NCBI GenBank assembly: GCA_029861655.1
Contig: JAOTZA010000002.1
Location: forward strand, 1 to 33,793
DNA length: 33,793 nt
From: Acidobacteriota bacterium
GTDB lineage: Bacteria; Acidobacteriota; Thermoanaerobaculia; Multivoradales; JAHEKO01
Direction of reading: 5' to 3'
The notes under the pieces were generated by a model. It was not told the DNA's origin. It worked only from the letters and a program-made list of their open reading frames with translations, and did not search any database. Positions 30,720-33,793 of the stretch are shown piece after piece. The position numbers and the translations under genes were made by a program. Numbering within the stretch: position 1 is the stretch's first letter; every line of letters starts with the position of its first letter.

Positions 30720-31949
30720 CTAGAAGAGCTTGCGCGGTTCAATCGTCAGATTGGCCAGCAGTAGACCGGTCACGAGAGCGAGCGCGATCATGGCCATGGT
30801 GAAGCCGGCCTCGACACCGGAGACGACGTCCTTGGCGATCAAGGCCGAGAGGCTGCGGAACCCGAGGCTCCCGGGGACCAGAAGAAGCAGCGCCGGCAGG
30901 ATCGGGGTAGCCGACGGGATGTTGCGCCAGCGCGAGATGATCGTGCCCACGGAGCCTACGAGATAGGCGCCGAGACAGGTGCCGAGCTCCAATCCGAGGT
31001 ACTCGGACCCGTAGCGGGCGCCGAGAAACGCCGTCGCCGCCGCGGCCAGGATGATCGGGGCGTCTTTGAGACGCGCTTGAAAGAGCACCGAGAGAGCCAT
31101 CGCGTTGACTACAAGAGCGGCCGCCAGAAACGGAAACGGCAGGCTCTCGGGCGCCGCCGCCTCGACCTCGCCGAACAAGCGCCAGGCCACCGCGTTACCC
31201 AACGCCATTCCGAATCCGATCTGAAGAAAGGTGATGAGCGCGCTCGCGAGCCGAGCCGAGCCGCTGACGATGTGTCGGTGCGCCATTTCATTGACCGCGA
31301 TCGTAAGCGTCAACCCCGGCAGCAGCACGATCAAGCCGGCCAGCGTCGGAATGGACGGGAAGAGAGGCTCGACCCAATGCGCCGCGATCTGAGCGCCGGA
31401 GGCGCAGGCGATTCCTGCAACGGCCGGTAGCACCAGCGCGAAGCGAGGCGAGCGGCCGGCCGCGACCACCAGCACCCCGACCATGACACCCAATCCCAAG
31501 GCCACCATGCCTTCCCGCAGACCGCCACCGAAGAACATCGATACCACACCCGAGACCACGCCGAAGCTCACCACATTCGCCAAGGGTCCGTAGAGGGGCT
31601 GCTTTTCTTCGATCCCGATGAGTCGTGCGCTCGCCTCGGCCGGCGTCGCACGGCCGGCGAAGACATCCCGCAGGACATCGTGGAGGTCGGCGAGCTTGGC
31701 AAGGTCGGCCTCTCCTTGATCGAGTCGCAAGAGGGTCGTCTGTGAGCGCCCCTCGGTTCCGATCGAAGTCACGATCGAAGTCGGCGTGACCAGAAACTGC
31801 GCCGGTACGCTCAGCTTGGCGGCGACTTCGGAAAGCGCGTGCTCGATCCGATGGACCGGCGTGCCGTAGCGATGAAGAGCGCCGGCAAGCTTCCTGAGGA
31901 ATCTCCCTGCTTCCGCGTCGTCCACGGCTTGGCGGTGCGACTGGAGCAC
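30720..31949 (-). CDS. ThrE-family (DUF1212+DUF3815, YjjP/YjjB-like) putative amino-acid/carboxylate exporter
   Basis: 409 aa. The N-terminal cytoplasmic part is FLRKLAGALHRYGTPVHRIEHALSEVAAKL, followed by about 10 TM helices. The GTG start at 31949 has no obvious SD. Confidence 0.7.
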   Translation of the reverse strand: MLQSHRQAVDDAEAGRFLRKLAGALHRYGTPVHRIEHALSEVAAKLSVPAQFLVTPTSIVTSIGTEGRSQTTLLRLDQGEADLAKLADLHDVLRDVFAGRATPAEASARLIGIEEKQPLYGPLANVVSFGVVSGVVSMFFGGGLREGMVALGLGVMVGVLVVAAGRSPRFALVLPAVAGIACASGAQIAAHWVEPLFPSIPTLAGLIVLLPGLTLTIAVNEMAHRHIVSGSARLASALITFLQIGFGMALGNAVAWRLFGEVEAAAPESLPFPFLAAALVVNAMALSVLFQARLKDAPIILAAAATAFLGARYGSEYLGLELGTCLGAYLVGSVGTIISRWRNIPSATPILPALLLLVPGSLGFRSLSALIAKDVVSGVEAGFTMAMIALALVTGLLLANLTIEPRKLF

Positions 31950-32087
31950 GGAGCAGATGATACCGCTGGGTGTGCTTGCGGGATGTGTCTCCGCCCCCGC
32001 GCCAGGTGGGTGGGCGGCGACTCACCCGCTCGGGTGTGGGAGCGGTAAGAGCGAGCGCGGTACGTTTTGCCTCGGAGAAGAGGAACG

Positions 32088-33236
32088 ATGATCGAACCAG
32101 CACCTTCGACGACTAGACCAACGTCCGTCGCTTCGAAGCGGCGAGATGAGAAGAAGATGCAGCTCGTTTGCGGGCGCCAGCGCGGCGGAGAGAATCAGAG
32201 CGCGTCCACCGGCTGGCCCGAGAAAACGGTCGGCAAGAAGGGCGATCGAACGTATCGGTTGAGGCTGTTGGTCCAGGCTGGATTCGCCCTTGGGTGCGTT
32301 CTGCTGGGCATTCAATTCGCTCGCTTCACTCGCGCCGCGGTCGCCGGCGACCTGCCGTTGCCGGTGCGCCCGCCCGGGGTCGAAGGCTTTCTTCCGATCA
32401 GCGGCATGATGGGGCTGTTGGACTGGTTCCACCAAGGCACCCTGAACCGGGTCCATCCCGCCGCGACGATGCTCTTTGTAATCATCGTTGGGGTTGCCTT
32501 TGTGGCTCGCAAATCGTTCTGCTCCTGGATCTGCCCGGTAGGCTTCTTGTCCGAGACGCTGGCGCGTTTAGGCAGGCGGATCTTCGGCCGAAACTTCAGG
32601 CCCTGGAAGTGGCTCGACATCCCTCTTCGGGGTCTCAAGTACCTCCTCATGTTCTTCTTCGTCTACTCGGTTGTCACGATGAGCGACACGGCCTTACGGG
32701 CGTTCATCGAATCACCCTACAACCGGGTGGCGGACGTCAAGATGGGACTGTTCTTTGTTCGCCTGGGAACAGTGGGAGCGACAGTCATGGTCGTTCTCTT
32801 TGTTCTCTCCATTCTGATCAACGGCGCTTGGTGCCGCTATCTCTGCCCGTACGGGGGTCTGCTCGGACTGGTGTCGTTGTTCTCCCCGTTCAAGGTCACC
32901 CGCAAGGCCGAGGCCTGTATCGACTGTGGGCTCTGCGACAAAGTGTGTATGGCCCGGCTGCCGGTGTCGACCCTCGATCGGGTGTCGAGCGCCGAGTGCA
33001 CCGGTTGCTTAGACTGTGTTGCCACCTGCCCGATTACGGAGGCTCTCGACGTCCGGGCGGCGCGGCGCTGGCGGGTGAGCTTGCCGGTCTTTGCTCTGGT
33101 GGTCCTCGTCCTCTTCCTCGGCGGGTACTCGGGAGCTCGGCTGACCGACCTGTGGCGGAGCGGCATCAGCGACGCGGAGTACTCAGAGCGGATTCAGAAT
33201 CTCGATCGACCCGAGTACGGGCATCCCGGCAGCTGA
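32088..33236 (+). CDS. Membrane-bound 4Fe-4S ferredoxin-type protein (NapH/YccM-like polyferredoxin)
   Basis: ATG at 32088 after GAGAAGAGGAA. It has TM helices carrying CSWICPVG and CRYLCPYG motifs, plus CIDCGLCDKVC and CTGCLDCVATCP cluster motifs. Confidence 0.75.
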   Translation: MIEPAPSTTRPTSVASKRRDEKKMQLVCGRQRGGENQSASTGWPEKTVGKKGDRTYRLRLLVQAGFALGCVLLGIQFARFTRAAVAGDLPLPVRPPGVEGFLPISGMMGLLDWFHQGTLNRVHPAATMLFVIIVGVAFVARKSFCSWICPVGFLSETLARLGRRIFGRNFRPWKWLDIPLRGLKYLLMFFFVYSVVTMSDTALRAFIESPYNRVADVKMGLFFVRLGTVGATVMVVLFVLSILINGAWCRYLCPYGGLLGLVSLFSPFKVTRKAEACIDCGLCDKVCMARLPVSTLDRVSSAECTGCLDCVATCPITEALDVRAARRWRVSLPVFALVVLVLFLGGYSGARLTDLWRSGISDAEYSERIQNLDRPEYGHPGS

Positions 33237-33415
33237 ACACGGGAAAAGGTCCCTGGTCGGCGTACCAGAGAGCCCCAAGGGCCCTCGGCTTGAGAGGTTG
33301 GTCGAATTCTGCTAAAATTAAGGGAGACAAAACTGATATTCGATGGTCAAAAGCCTGACGCGTCGAGAGCGCCTGCGGTGACGGCGCTCCGAGCGTCAAA
33401 CCGAAAGGCCGGAAG

Positions 33416-33793
33416 ATGAACGAAAAAGGGAGTCCTGGAGGCAAGGGCGCAACGCGCGACCGCCGTGACCAAGCCCAACACGTTCAATCGTTCTTGCTCG
33501 AGCTGCTCAAGGCCGCCAGTACATCGAGCGGCCTCGAGGAAATGCTGGCCACAACTCACCGAGCGTTGGGCAAGTTGATGGACACCACCAACTTCTATGT
33601 GGCTCTCTACGACGAAGCAACCGAGCACTACTCGTTTCCGTTCCACGTCGACAAGCACGAGACCGATGAGCAACCACCGCGCAGCCTGCCGCGCAGCCTC
33701 ACCGATTATGTCCGCAGGACCGGCCAGCCGCTCTTTGCCGACGAGAAAACCGATGAACTTCTGATTCGCGAGGGGCATGTCGATCTGGTGGGT
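33416..33793 (+). CDS. N-terminus of a GAF-domain sensor/regulator, partial (runs off the window)
   Basis: ATG at 33416 then 126 open codons with strong GC3 bias. LLELLKAA....LEEMLATTHRALGKLMDTTNFYVALYDEATEHYSFPFHVD....P....SLTDYVRRTGQPLF is a typical GAF-domain opening. The antisense 143-aa track ORF (33347-33778) is rejected. Confidence 0.55.
   Translation, partial: MNEKGSPGGKGATRDRRDQAQHVQSFLLELLKAASTSSGLEEMLATTHRALGKLMDTTNFYVALYDEATEHYSFPFHVDKHETDEQPPRSLPRSLTDYVRRTGQPLFADEKTDELLIREGHVDLVG

Noticed and set aside
33347-33778. 143-aa minus-strand ORF at the right edge.
   Set aside because: The plus strand over the same region encodes a GAF-like N-terminus with strong GC3 bias, starting at ATG 33416. 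The minus-strand translation has no recognisable features.
1-33793. CRISPR arrays, tRNA/rRNA genes, IS elements or integrases, and long direct or inverted repeats bounding an island.
   Set aside because: I found none on reading both strands. The only tandem repeat is the 9-bp x3 in-frame repeat at 21371-21397. A sliding-window GC/k-mer analysis and tRNAscan/Infernal would be needed to exclude subtle cases.

Overview
GC-rich bacterial chromosomal segment (roughly 60-65 % by eye, not computed) with about 24 protein-coding genes. I recognised no rRNA, tRNA, CRISPR array, integrase or transposase. All family calls come from reading motifs in the supplied translations; no searches were run. A 'VWFA-related acidobacterial domain'-type protein (1587-3293) suggests Acidobacteriota (inference).

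Layout:
- 1-5115: housekeeping or accessory genes. These are a partial membrane protein, a truncated DUF2235 remnant, a DDAH-like amidinotransferase, a VWA protein and a thioredoxin-fold lipoprotein.
- 5131-26150: a 21-kb block of 14 genes, all on the minus strand. It has two parts: an MFP plus two tandem RND permeases (26150-18185), and a tightly packed, largely translationally coupled unit (18089-5131).
- The 18089-5131 unit has its own sigma70-like promoter and a 14-bp palindromic operator. Its gene order is TetR, TonB-dependent receptor, SDR, KASIII-like, three alpha/beta hydrolases, an SCP-x-type thiolase, a Na+/solute symporter, a second KASIII-like gene and an AMP-dependent ligase.
- 26374-30645 (plus strand): a decaying DRGH-type non-specific nuclease with two frame disruptions, a secreted acidic protein of unknown function, and an overlapping fxsA-archease-rtcB trio.
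- 30720-33793: a ThrE-family exporter, a membrane polyferredoxin, and the start of a GAF-domain sensor.

The most interesting candidate for an undescribed system is the TetR-headed unit. It mixes uptake components (outer-membrane receptor, inner-membrane symporter, signal-anchored hydrolase) with thiolase-fold enzymes whose catalytic motifs look non-canonical. I cannot map it onto a pathway I know. Two competing interpretations are given in the findings: an ester/acyl-substrate utilisation locus, or an Ole/Lst-like condensing pathway.

Three single-base frame disruptions sit in short homopolymer runs, so assembly error must be excluded before they are called pseudogenes.
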